A stretch of DNA of 64,000 nt, taken from assembly GCA_039208735.1 (NCBI GenBank), contig JBCCQY010000001.1, positions 124,021-188,020 on the forward strand, in the 5' to 3' direction. The translations under genes were made by a program, and so were the position numbers. Shown in pieces: positions 47,545-57,012 of this stretch. The notes under the pieces are model-generated. The model did not search any database, had not been told where the DNA came from, and saw only the letters and a list, made by a program, of their open reading frames with translations. This stretch comes from Myxococcota bacterium. Lineage in GTDB: Bacteria > Myxococcota_A > UBA796 > GCA-2862545. How positions within the stretch are numbered: the first letter of the stretch is position 1; every line of letters begins with the position of its first letter.

Positions 47545-48549
47545 CTAGCCGTCCATTCCCTGGACGGTCGGCGATCGGATCTTTCGGGGCGGAGAGCCTG
47601 TCGCCAGACCATTAGAGTCATCGGCAGGCGCAAGGGGAGGGGCCACCCACCACGGACCGACTTGTCCGCTCGAGTCATCCGCATAGTACGAAATGGCGTA
47701 GTCAATGAACGCGCGGACCTGCGGCAACACAAAGCGATGGTCGGGGTACACGAAGCTGCAGGGGATGGGGCGCCCCACCTCCAAAGGCAACACCGGTTCG
47801 AGTTGCCGCGAGCGGAGGTAGCGCTCGGCGAGAGGCACCGGGAGCAGCGCGATGCCGAGCCCTTGCACGGCCGCGTACAACATCGCATGCACGTCGTTGA
47901 ATGCGACACGACCCTGGATCGCTATCGTGCCGCCCTCGACCAGCGGCCAAAACGGCTCGGGGTAAAGGTCAGGACCAGTGCGCAGAATTCCCTGATGGTG
48001 GGCGAGGTCTGCGAGCTGGTGTGGTCGGCCGTGCCGTTGAAGGTAGCTGGGCGATGCCACAAGTTGGGTCGGAATGCTCCAAAGGCGACGCGCGATCAGT
48101 CGTTCGTCCGTGATAGCGCCGTATCGGATTGCAAGGTCGACCCGCTCGGCGAACACGTCCACCGACCGGCCCGACGCGAAGACCAGGAGTTCCACATCAG
48201 GATGAGCCTCCGCAAAATTCACGAGGAGCTGGTTGAAGATGGCATCCGGCGGCGTTGACAGGCCGAGACGACCGCTTGGCCGATCGCCGAACTGCCTCAC
48301 TGCGCGCCAGGTTTCTTCGGCTTCATCGAGCAGATGACGAGCGCGCCCCACCAGTATTACACCCGCTTGGGTGAGTCTGAGGCTGCGGCTTTTGCGATGC
48401 ACGAGGCGTACGCCAAACGACTGTTCCAATGAAGTGAGTCGCCGACTCAACGTGGACCGCGGAAGCTTGAGCCGACGCGCGGCCGCTGAGATGCTTCCTG
48501 CGTCCACCACCGTGACGAGTTCGCGAAGCCGGTCGAGACTGACTTCCAT
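47545..48549 (-). CDS. LysR family transcriptional regulator (CrgA-like)
   Basis: VVDAGSISAAARRL..PRSTLSRRL..LE...GVRL, DLAIR, ASPSYL, GLGIALLP. Confidence 0.92.
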   Translation of the reverse strand: MEVSLDRLRELVTVVDAGSISAAARRLKLPRSTLSRRLTSLEQSFGVRLVHRKSRSLRLTQAGVILVGRARHLLDEAEETWRAVRQFGDRPSGRLGLSTPPDAIFNQLLVNFAEAHPDVELLVFASGRSVDVFAERVDLAIRYGAITDERLIARRLWSIPTQLVASPSYLQRHGRPHQLADLAHHQGILRTGPDLYPEPFWPLVEGGTIAIQGRVAFNDVHAMLYAAVQGLGIALLPVPLAERYLRSRQLEPVLPLEVGRPIPCSFVYPDHRFVLPQVRAFIDYAISYYADDSSGQVGPWWVAPPLAPADDSNGLATGSPPRKIRSPTVQGMDG

Positions 48550-48592
48550 AGAACGCCCCTCTTGAAGGGCGAGCCTACCACTCCCGGGTCGG

Positions 48593-49576
48593 CTAACCAC
48601 TCAAAGCTTGTTCTTCGCTAAACGACCGATACCTAGACGACTCCAACAGGTAGTCGAATGCGCCACCCACGAAGTCACGCAACGCTTCGATATAACGAAG
48701 GGCATCGCGCGACTTGAAGGACGAAGCGAGTTTGGTGAAGGTGCGAACCCGATCGTTGGACCGCTCCACTGCCTGCGACACGGCGGCTGACAGTTCCACA
48801 TCCTGCTCGCGTTGGATGACGAGCACGAGATTGTGCGGGTCCTTGGCGCGCAGCTCTTTGCCTACGCTATAGATGTCGTTGTGCCAAGCAGCAAGGTCGG
48901 CCGAACAGCGACGTAATTCCCGAATCTTCCTGTTCTCCGTGACTTGGATAGGTGGACGGCTAAGCACCAATTCCATCAGGTCAAGGTAGAGCCAGACCGC
49001 ACCCGCGAAGGGTCTGAGGGAAACATACTCATCGACGGATGGCGCATGCCGCGTCGCCCGGTTTTCTCCCTCCCAGAGACAGCCATTTAGATAGGCCCGA
49101 AAGCTGAGCGCAAACCTTGTGAACCAGACGGAGCTTGCCGCGGCTTGCTGGAACCGCCGCCCCAGGTCGCACAGCGCTTCCTCGTTGGGCTTTTGGGGCG
49201 CCACCTGACCCTGGAACAACCGAAACTCGTGGTCAAAGAGACGACGCATTGCGGATGGGTCTGCCCTAAGGTCACTCTCATCCACGACATCGTCGTGATC
49301 GAAAATCCAACTTGTGAAGTCGGAGAGGAGCTGAAAGATGTTTGCGTCAGCGGAGGGAAACATACGTCCCGCCAGCCAGCTGTAGCTTTCGGTAGCCAGA
49401 CGGTCGTTTTCGAGCATCCCATGCTCATCAAGCCATGAGAGGGTGTGGGCTGCGGCGGTGGTTGTGTTCGAATGGACCCGAGAGGGCCACGGGCAGAGAA
49501 GACCGTGGCTATCGACACGTTGATTGAAGCCAGCCCCCGTATCGAGAGCTGAGATACCAAATTGCGCTGGATGCAT
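48593..49576 (-). CDS. Class I terpene synthase (bacterial sesquiterpene-cyclase type)
   Basis: DDVVDE, effector R in LRPFAGA, NSE triad NDIYSVGKE, HNLV, C-terminal RY. Confidence 0.9.
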   Translation of the reverse strand: MHPAQFGISALDTGAGFNQRVDSHGLLCPWPSRVHSNTTTAAAHTLSWLDEHGMLENDRLATESYSWLAGRMFPSADANIFQLLSDFTSWIFDHDDVVDESDLRADPSAMRRLFDHEFRLFQGQVAPQKPNEEALCDLGRRFQQAAASSVWFTRFALSFRAYLNGCLWEGENRATRHAPSVDEYVSLRPFAGAVWLYLDLMELVLSRPPIQVTENRKIRELRRCSADLAAWHNDIYSVGKELRAKDPHNLVLVIQREQDVELSAAVSQAVERSNDRVRTFTKLASSFKSRDALRYIEALRDFVGGAFDYLLESSRYRSFSEEQALSG

Positions 49577-49872
49577 TCATCCTCCAAAGCGACCGTCGAT
49601 GAAATCTGCAAAAGGCCGACGCAGCCACAACGATTCTGTCAGAGGTCTGTGGGAGTTTCTGCGCCAATTGCAAATATTGACGATTGCCGGCGTTCGGTAT
49701 AGAAAAGTCAGTTTGACATATCCAAGTCCGCAAGCGATATGTGTGTAACGAATGTTTAAAGCAAACCGGATGTGGGTGGGGCATACGGTCGCGTGCTGTG
49801 AAAGGGTCCCGTAATCTTCCGGCGGTTTTGCTTTTCCACCTTCGGTTATGCGGCTTCACCCAGGAGGCGATC

Positions 49873-51492
49873 ATGAAATCGTTCATCTCTCCGTTATTGA
49901 TGCTGGTCACCGCATGTGTGGCTCCTCCGCCCGTGGTGGCCGTCACCACGCCCGAGACGACGCCAGAACCCACCACGATGATGCCACCCGATCCAACCGA
50001 GCCGGGTGTTTGTGGTGATGGCGTGGTGGATGCGCCCGAAGAGTGTGACGAAGGAAAGCTGAACGACGACAACGGGGCTTGCACAAACCAATGCACCATC
50101 GCGGCGTGTGGTGATGGCTTGTTGTATGTCGGCGTCGAAGGGTGTGACGACGGCAATCTCGAAGGGAGCGACGGTTGTTCACCGGACTGTTTGGAACCCC
50201 GCGCGCTGTCCTTTCTCGACGCGGATGCCCGCCTGTTCGGTGGCGGAGAGGCGGCGGGCTTCGCGGGAGCGACCCTCGCCGGAGGAGCCGACTTCAATGG
50301 CGATGGATTCGATGATGTGGTCGTTGGTGCCTATCTGAGTCGGGCGGTCTATGTCGTTCACGGGCCGGTGGTCGGCAATCGCGCGCTTGCCGAGGCCGAT
50401 GCGACGCTCACCTCTGCACAGGACTGGTTCGGAGGGTATTTCGCGATCCTGGACGATGCGTCCGGCACGGGCCTGCCCGACCTTGCCGTGGGCCTCATTG
50501 GCAATCAGTTCTTCGGGGCCAACACCGACGTTCCCGTGTTCGCTGGACCCATGACAGGCGACCTGTCGGAGAGCGACGCGGTCGCTGAGTTTGCGTTTGG
50601 CGACGAAGACAACACGGTCAAAGAGGTGGCTACGGCCGGCGATACAGATGGAGATGGCCGCGACGAATTGTTGATCAGCACGGGTGAGCCTACGCTTGGT
50701 GAGCCAGCGGTCTTTGTGATGGAGTCCTCAGTTGGAACGGTGGCTTCGGGTCTCGCGAATGCCGTGTTCGTCAATGATGAGGCTTCATTCAGCGGCAGCC
50801 GGTACACGCCTGCGCCAGCCGGAGACCTCAACCGGGACGGCATGGATGACATTTGGATTGGGGCCTCGCGCGACGACATGAACGGCCCAGCGTCGGGGGG
50901 AGTCTATGGATTCTTTGGTCCCCTCAACGGTGAACTCACGCCAAACAACGCAGATGTGGTGCTGCTGGGTCCCGCTCCCGATGCGCGTGTCGGAACGCGC
51001 ATCGCCGCAGCTGACATCAACGGAGACGGGCAGATGGATGTCGTCGTCAGTGGGGCGAGCACCAACCGGATGTACCTGGTTTACGGTCCACTGGGCGGCG
51101 TGATCGACCTCTCCGATGCCGATGTGATCATCGAGCCCGCCAGTGCGGATGAGAATTTCCTGTCCGTCGTGAATGCGGGTGACATCAACGCAGATGGTCG
51201 AGACGACATCCTCATCAGCGGCAACAACACGGCCCTCTTCAATGGAGAGGGCGCCGGCGTGGCATCTTTGGTTCTGGGGCCGGTGCGCCCAGGACGGCTC
51301 AATGTCGCTGATGCGGACGTGCGCATGACGGGCTCGGGCAGCGACGATTTGAACCTGCAGATCACCAAAGGTGGCGACGTGGATGGAGACGGCCTTGGTG
51401 ACATTTGGGTCGCGGCGCCTTCGCAGACGTTCACTTCCACCTACGCGCAGGGCCTGATCTACTTCCTAAGCGGGCAGACCTTGGTGCGGTGA
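49873..51492 (+). CDS. Lipoprotein with Myxococcus Cys-rich repeats and FG-GAP (integrin-alpha-like) repeats
   Basis: AGGAGG RBS; lipobox VTAC; CGDG..D..EECD.G, DGCSPDC; DFNGDG, DTDGDG, DLNRDG, DINGDG, DINADG, DVDGDG. Confidence 0.9.
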   Translation: MKSFISPLLMLVTACVAPPPVVAVTTPETTPEPTTMMPPDPTEPGVCGDGVVDAPEECDEGKLNDDNGACTNQCTIAACGDGLLYVGVEGCDDGNLEGSDGCSPDCLEPRALSFLDADARLFGGGEAAGFAGATLAGGADFNGDGFDDVVVGAYLSRAVYVVHGPVVGNRALAEADATLTSAQDWFGGYFAILDDASGTGLPDLAVGLIGNQFFGANTDVPVFAGPMTGDLSESDAVAEFAFGDEDNTVKEVATAGDTDGDGRDELLISTGEPTLGEPAVFVMESSVGTVASGLANAVFVNDEASFSGSRYTPAPAGDLNRDGMDDIWIGASRDDMNGPASGGVYGFFGPLNGELTPNNADVVLLGPAPDARVGTRIAAADINGDGQMDVVVSGASTNRMYLVYGPLGGVIDLSDADVIIEPASADENFLSVVNAGDINADGRDDILISGNNTALFNGEGAGVASLVLGPVRPGRLNVADADVRMTGSGSDDLNLQITKGGDVDGDGLGDIWVAAPSQTFTSTYAQGLIYFLSGQTLVR

Positions 51493-51573
51493 GCCCCCCC
51501 AGGCGAAGGTGAATTGCACAGGTTCGAACCCGCCCGAGTGGATTGAGGTACACTCGTGGGTGGAGGGTGTGAC

Positions 51574-52623
51574 GTGCTCATCTGGACCTTGACCGCTTGC
51601 TTTCTCTGGGACGGCGATGAGGATCCCGAGACCACCGTGCCGACTCGGGGTTCGGAAGCCACGGGCAGCGATTCGGGGGCTCCGATCGCCGATCCCACGG
51701 GTGAAACGGGCCTCGTCGATTCGGGGCCGCGTACGGATGCCATCACGATCGAGCTGCCTGGCGAAGTCGATGTGCTCTTGGTGATGGACAATAGCTGCTC
51801 GATGGCGAACAACCAGGAAGACATCGCCAACAGTGCCCCCACGTTCTTCGGGTTTTTCCAGGGCTCGAACATCGACTTTCATGTCGGAGTCATTTCGACA
51901 GACACCGACAACACCCTGACCGCCGGGGTGCTCCAGACGGCTGAGGGATTGTCCTACATCACTTCTTCCGTGCCCGATCCCTCGCAGGTCTTTGGCAACA
52001 TGATCCGTTTGGGAACCGCTGGTTCTGCTAGCGAACGAGGCCTCGAAGCGGTTTACCGAGCACTTGGACCCCTCGCGCCCGCGGCAAACAAGGGCTTTCG
52101 TCGTGACACCGCGGCGCTTCATGTGGTGGTGGTGAGCGACGAAGACGACCTGTCGCGGGTTCCAGTTCTCCCCGACGAGGGTTTTACGCCGTGGTTCCTG
52201 GACCTTCCTGCGCCGGCTCGTTCCTTCTCCTCGATCGTCTGTTTGCCGGGCTGCACCGATTTGGTGCCCGGAGAGCGGTACATCGAAGTGACCGACGCCG
52301 TCGGTGGAATCACCTGGAGTATCGGTGACGACTGGGATGAGGTGTTGGAACAGCTCGCCATCCAAAGTTCGGGCTTGCTTCGTGTTTTCGAATTGAGTGC
52401 AACCCCCATTGAGGACACGATCGAAGTCCTGGTGGACCGCGAACTACCCGACGGTAGGGTGGTCACCATTCGATTCGACCGGGCCGTCTTCGACGACAGC
52501 ACCGATCCGCCACAGTTGGTGGATGGCGAATGGGTTTACGATGCGTCGGACAACACGATCGCCTTTCAGAACTTCCTTCCAAGCGTCGGGAATGTCGTGC
52601 GAATCACCTACGACGTGAAATAG
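51574..52623 (+). CDS. vWA-domain lipoprotein (paralog of 4309-5322)
   Basis: GGAGG RBS; lipobox LTAC; DVLLVMDNSCSM, FHVGVISTD, ERG, GFRRDTAALHVVVVSDEDD. Confidence 0.85.
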   Translation: MLIWTLTACFLWDGDEDPETTVPTRGSEATGSDSGAPIADPTGETGLVDSGPRTDAITIELPGEVDVLLVMDNSCSMANNQEDIANSAPTFFGFFQGSNIDFHVGVISTDTDNTLTAGVLQTAEGLSYITSSVPDPSQVFGNMIRLGTAGSASERGLEAVYRALGPLAPAANKGFRRDTAALHVVVVSDEDDLSRVPVLPDEGFTPWFLDLPAPARSFSSIVCLPGCTDLVPGERYIEVTDAVGGITWSIGDDWDEVLEQLAIQSSGLLRVFELSATPIEDTIEVLVDRELPDGRVVTIRFDRAVFDDSTDPPQLVDGEWVYDASDNTIAFQNFLPSVGNVVRITYDVK

Positions 52624-52725
52624 GCGCATCGAACTTCGGTGGCAGCGTGATGGTTGCGAAATCGACCTGGCTTGGCCCCGGTCCGTCCGCCTTTTAAGGA
52701 TGCTGTGCGCCGGGGGAGAACCATC

Positions 52726-53419
52726 ATGCTGTGGCTTGTGCTCGCAATCTTCGGTTTCGCGGTCGTTCAGGCCCAGGAGCCGCCCGATCCCAAAGCCCTG
52801 GAGGAGTTTCGGTCGTCCGTCCAGGCCCACTTTGCCGCCCACAAGGGCTCGGCGATCGGAGAATTGCTGGACGAAGAGACGATCGTGGCCACGGCGCTTC
52901 GAGGTCTAGAGTCTTCATCCGGCGTGCTTTCTACCTTTTTTGGCGAGTCGGGTGAATCGATTCGGCTCCAGTACCTGGCGGGCTACGAGGCCACACCTTT
53001 GCCGAACTGGCCCAAGCCCCGGGGGACTTGGATCCGTTTCCGACTTCGGTGGAACGGTGGTGCGTACGAACAGTTGGGTCTGCTCCCTGGCCATCGGCGA
53101 CGGAGCGCGGGCGGCTCGGTGTGCGGCTGAGCTTTTGAGACGGTTTGGCCCTGATGCGCATCTGCTTACTTGGCAGGCGATGGGCGAGCTGATGGAGGGG
53201 CGTGTGGATGACGCCTGGGTCACCGCCACGCGAGCCGAGACCCTCGAGCCCGCATTCTGGCAGGCCACCAACCTAAAGCTAGCCGTGGCGCACCAGCGTT
53301 CGGACTACCCCATGATGGCCCAATTGCGGACGACCCTCGAGACCGACCACGGACAAGCCGTTCCCGAGCAAGGCCTACCGACGTTGGCAAAGGTCCCGGA
53401 AGAAGAACCGGTAGCATGA
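52726..53419 (+). pseudogene. Secreted protein with TPR-like C-terminus split across two frames
   Basis: Signal-peptide ORF to 53130 overlaps a second frame (to 53419) with protein-like TPR-type content and no own RBS/start. Confidence 0.45.
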
Positions 53420-53547
53420 CCTACAGCGCAGATGGTCACTGATGTCGACCGACTTAGGACTTTGGGCGACCCATTGCTAACTCTCCTCCTGACAATCTAA
53501 CCGATCGAGAAGAAATGAGCGGGGCACGTAGGCGGATGGACTCGATA

Positions 53548-53565
53548 ATCTACTCATGAGTAGAT
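53548..53565. promoter_or_regulatory. Perfect 18-bp palindrome, probable repressor operator
   Basis: ATCTACTCATGAGTAGAT, 28 bp before the desaturase start. Confidence 0.72.
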
Positions 53566-53593
53566 ATAGAGAAGCGGTCTTGCGGAGGCCCAT

Positions 53594-54382
53594 GTGTCCA
53601 ACAAGCTTCTCGCCCGTTCACCGCTTGCCGTGCCCACGGTGGCCCTGTTCCTCGCCACAGGTATTGGTACGGTGGGCATCCTGGGTGCATTGTTTGCCGG
53701 TCACCTAGCCCTTCCCTTGGCCGCCGGGGCCATGGTCGTGCTCTCCTTCGTGGCCTTTACGCCCATGCATGATTCGGCGCATCGAGCGGTGGGGCGCGCC
53801 CCGTGGCTCAATGGCCTGATTGGTCGGGTGTGTGCGACGATTCTGTTGGTGCCTTACGGCGCGTTCCGTCACATTCATCTGACCCATCATCGCTACACCA
53901 ACGATCCGGAACGAGACCCGGATCTGTACAGCGGGACTGGAGCCAGTTGGCAGCTTCCCTTTCGGTGGATGACCCAGGATCTGTACTACTACGTCCGGTA
54001 CGTGCAAGCCGGGCGGCCGGCCGCCGAACTTCTGGAAGCTGCGTTTACCGTGGTGGGATTGATCGCCCTGGTGACGACCCTGGGTCTGTCATTCGGATGG
54101 ACGCCGGTGTTGCTGGGGTGGGTTCTGCCCACGCGGCTCGCCGTTACGTTTCTGGCCTTTGCTTTCGACTACCTGCCCCACCATCCTCACGCGGTGCCCG
54201 CCGCCGAGGATCCCTACCAGGCAACGCGGGTAATAGACCGGCCGTGGCTCACTCCGGTGCTCCTGTTTCAGAATTACCACCTCATCCATCACTTGTACCC
54301 GGCCATTCCGTTTTATCGGTACGCCAAGGTGTGGCGTGCGAAACGGTCAGAACTCTTAGCGAAAGGAGTTCGCGTCACCTGA
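53594..54382 (+). CDS. Fatty acid desaturase family (CrtR beta-carotene hydroxylase-like)
   Basis: His boxes HDSAH, HLTHH, HLIHH; DPERDPD, FDYLPH, QNYH..HHLYP.IPFYRY. Confidence 0.88.
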   Translation: MSNKLLARSPLAVPTVALFLATGIGTVGILGALFAGHLALPLAAGAMVVLSFVAFTPMHDSAHRAVGRAPWLNGLIGRVCATILLVPYGAFRHIHLTHHRYTNDPERDPDLYSGTGASWQLPFRWMTQDLYYYVRYVQAGRPAAELLEAAFTVVGLIALVTTLGLSFGWTPVLLGWVLPTRLAVTFLAFAFDYLPHHPHAVPAAEDPYQATRVIDRPWLTPVLLFQNYHLIHHLYPAIPFYRYAKVWRAKRSELLAKGVRVT

Positions 54383-54423
54383 CCCGAGCTATGCGGATTC
54401 GCGAGATCGCGGGGGGAGGGACC

Positions 54424-55149
54424 ATGGGACTGTTCGAACTGGATATCATCGATCACATAGCGCGAACCGACGAGGGGAATCCGCACCTCGTCATGATGGC
54501 GACCCACTGGGACATCCGAGTTGAGTCGCTGCTCACGGTGGCGCTAATGATCAAGGTGGCTCGCTATCTTGTGAGCGAACAAGCCAACCAAGGCCCTGGT
54601 GCGCCGACGTTCGAGCTAGTGAGCAGTGAACAGCCTCCTGCACCCGTGGTGCGTTGGCTCGAGAAGCTCGACATTCTGACCACCGTCGATCAGGCACCAG
54701 CGACAGGGCGCGAATCGCCACTTCCCTGGAAGGACAACGGCCATCCCAATTTGAATGCGATGCAGCAGCTCAACGCGGATCTGTTCGCTCGCATGCACGA
54801 CTTGCCGCGACCGGCTTCCAAAGAGGCCTTGTCCCAGGTGGATGAGGTCCTGATTGTGCGAAGGGCTCGGGAGGGCTTCAGCGATGATGAACCGTCACCG
54901 GATTTGGCGGACGGTGCGTTGCAGATCCTTGCCGCCGCATATGTAGGGGAAGCCCTCCACGAGGCCGGATACCAAGCGGACTGGCTCTTTGAGCCGACCG
55001 TCCGTGGAATGGTCCCCGTGTTCTTGCGGCTCGGCGGCCCTGAAAAGAACGTTCGCTTGAATCTAATTGGAAAGGCAGGGAAGTTTCTTCGAAACGGATC
55101 GGGCGATTCACTGTCGGCCATCGCGGTCGTCGGGGCAAGCCGAGCGTAG
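54424..55149 (+). CDS. Hypothetical protein
   Basis: GGAGG RBS then ATG; protein-like composition; AAYVGEAL motif. Confidence 0.55.
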   Translation: MGLFELDIIDHIARTDEGNPHLVMMATHWDIRVESLLTVALMIKVARYLVSEQANQGPGAPTFELVSSEQPPAPVVRWLEKLDILTTVDQAPATGRESPLPWKDNGHPNLNAMQQLNADLFARMHDLPRPASKEALSQVDEVLIVRRAREGFSDDEPSPDLADGALQILAAAYVGEALHEAGYQADWLFEPTVRGMVPVFLRLGGPEKNVRLNLIGKAGKFLRNGSGDSLSAIAVVGASRA

Positions 55150-55197
55150 ATGCGTTTAGGCGGAGCGGCCGGCTTATGAGGGCGCTGGAGGTGCAGC

Positions 55198-56091
55198 ATG
55201 GATGGTGCTCCTGATGCAACGCCAACCTCGTTCGGACCAGGTCGGGTGGTGTCTCTGCTCCAGACTGGCACGTCGATCTTCGCCTTTGCCATCTTGGTGA
55301 CCACGTTTCGGACCGATGCGTTCGATGGGGTCATACGCTGGGTCATCGGTATTGTTGTTCCGTTGGGGCTTCTCATCGTGGCAGGGGCGATTGGCACGCC
55401 CCTGAGTCGTCGTCGTCGGGTGGTCCAGCAAGCTCGCCGCGACCAGCGTGCATCGGCCTTGCTTGCCGAGGCTCAAGACGGGAAACCGTCGATCGACTAT
55501 TCGCTGTACCTTCGCGCCTTCGCGAGTTCCGGCAATCTCGATGGCGAAGCACCCGCCGACTTCATGCAAGCCGGATTCGACCCACGCTCGATCGAGGACC
55601 GGAACCTCGACCTCGAAACCCTTTTTGCGATGGTGCTCGAGCCGGAAGCGCCGCTCGTCGCGCTGGGAAAGCCGGAGGAGCACGAAGGCGCCGGTCGCGT
55701 CGAGACCAACGATGCCACGTGGACCGAGAGCTTTCGTGCCCTGGCGCGGCACGCCCTCTTGATCATCATCGTCCCCACCCCCGGCCGGTCGCTGGAGTGG
55801 GAGGTGAGCTGGCTGCAGGAGCACAACGTACTGTCCAAGTGCCTCTTCGTGATGCCGCCGGGCAAGCCTAGCCTGTCCCAGCGTTTTGACTGGAAGCCCG
55901 AGTGGGACTCGATTCGCTCGGCCCTGAAGGCGAAAGGGCTCGAGCTACCCGAGCACGACCATGAAGGCGCCATGTTCGTCTTGGGGCCGAACGGGCAGGT
56001 GGTCGAGCGCGAAAGCCTACTCGGACCAGATCCGAAGCCGCTGTACATTTCGAGCAATCTTGGGCGTCTGCTTCAGCGAATGGCGCGCTAA
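55198..56091 (+). CDS. Two-TM protein with conserved uncharacterised alpha/beta domain
   Basis: GGAGG RBS; LYLRAF, VALG.P.E..GAGR, W...F..L, SLEWEV. Confidence 0.7.
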   Translation: MDGAPDATPTSFGPGRVVSLLQTGTSIFAFAILVTTFRTDAFDGVIRWVIGIVVPLGLLIVAGAIGTPLSRRRRVVQQARRDQRASALLAEAQDGKPSIDYSLYLRAFASSGNLDGEAPADFMQAGFDPRSIEDRNLDLETLFAMVLEPEAPLVALGKPEEHEGAGRVETNDATWTESFRALARHALLIIIVPTPGRSLEWEVSWLQEHNVLSKCLFVMPPGKPSLSQRFDWKPEWDSIRSALKAKGLELPEHDHEGAMFVLGPNGQVVERESLLGPDPKPLYISSNLGRLLQRMAR

Positions 56092-56861
56092 CGGATGCGT
56101 TTGTCGAGGATTGCGCTGGCGATGCGATGGCCGGCGCGGCGCTGAGCGGCATGGGCTTCAAACCGGTCCCCTGGGCGGGGGGAGGCCCACCAAACCCCCT
56201 CCTGCGGTACCCATGAAAGCGAGTTCGGCCGTTGGTCTGCCTCTCGGCCATCAACGATCATCTTTGGTGCGTCGAGGCTTTGGGGATCGATTCCAGGAAG
56301 GAGGGGCTCGATTCGAACCCTTGGCTTAAAGTGTCGGATCCAGCGAATCTGGTCCTGGGCCCGGACGCCGTGGCCCGCGACGTACACGGTGGCTGTGTCC
56401 TCAATGAAGAATGCGTCCGACCACGCACAGCGGCTGAACCACTGACCGAGCGCTTCGTTGGGCACTCCCAATTGGCGATGGTCAGCGACCTCCCCCATTG
56501 TTCCGACGACGAGGTCTTTCGCGTTTACCTGTCGCACATCCGTGTTTGCAAACCCGACACGGACCGTCCAGTGGCCATCGCGGGTCCTTCGAGAGGGCAA
56601 CGGTGGGTCGAAGAGGTAGGGGTCTGGCAAGTTCAGGGACTGACGGCGTAGTTTTTCGACGACCGGCCACCACAGGGCGTCCCCACCGATTGGCGTTCCG
56701 TCCAGATCGACCTTCATCCAGGAGCGGGTACACACCTCGTCCACCAGCTCGACCAGTGTGACCGAGCAACCTCCCTCAAGAAGCCGTTCGGCGCAGGCGA
56801 GGCCTGCGATGCCGGCGCCGAGGACCATCACATCGACATCCGTCGCCAACTCACGACGCAC
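56088..56861 (-). CDS. FAD-binding protein, shortened thioredoxin-reductase-like
   Basis: DVMVLGAGIAGL; LVVGTMG...LGVPNE...GQWFSRCAWSDAFF. Confidence 0.6.
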   Translation of the reverse strand: MRRELATDVDVMVLGAGIAGLACAERLLEGGCSVTLVELVDEVCTRSWMKVDLDGTPIGGDALWWPVVEKLRRQSLNLPDPYLFDPPLPSRRTRDGHWTVRVGFANTDVRQVNAKDLVVGTMGEVADHRQLGVPNEALGQWFSRCAWSDAFFIEDTATVYVAGHGVRAQDQIRWIRHFKPRVRIEPLLPGIDPQSLDAPKMIVDGREADQRPNSLSWVPQEGVWWASPRPGDRFEAHAAQRRAGHRIASAILDKRIR

Positions 56862-57012
56862 GGCGCATGGCCTCTGGCGAGTTGGAAGTAACCACCCCTT
56901 CGATCGAAGGTGGCGGGTACTCTGGTCCGTCGGGCTGGGGAGGCATCACGGCAACTCCGAGGCGAGCCGGGACCCGAGAAGGGCCGGCGTCTTTGGGACC
57001 TGAGCATCCAGC

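Noticed and set aside
49660..49745. Sigma-70 promoter(s) at TTGACG/TTGACA between the terpene synthase and FG-GAP genes
   Set aside because: -10 elements are poor at 17-bp spacing; probably a divergent promoter region, but no specific site can be supported
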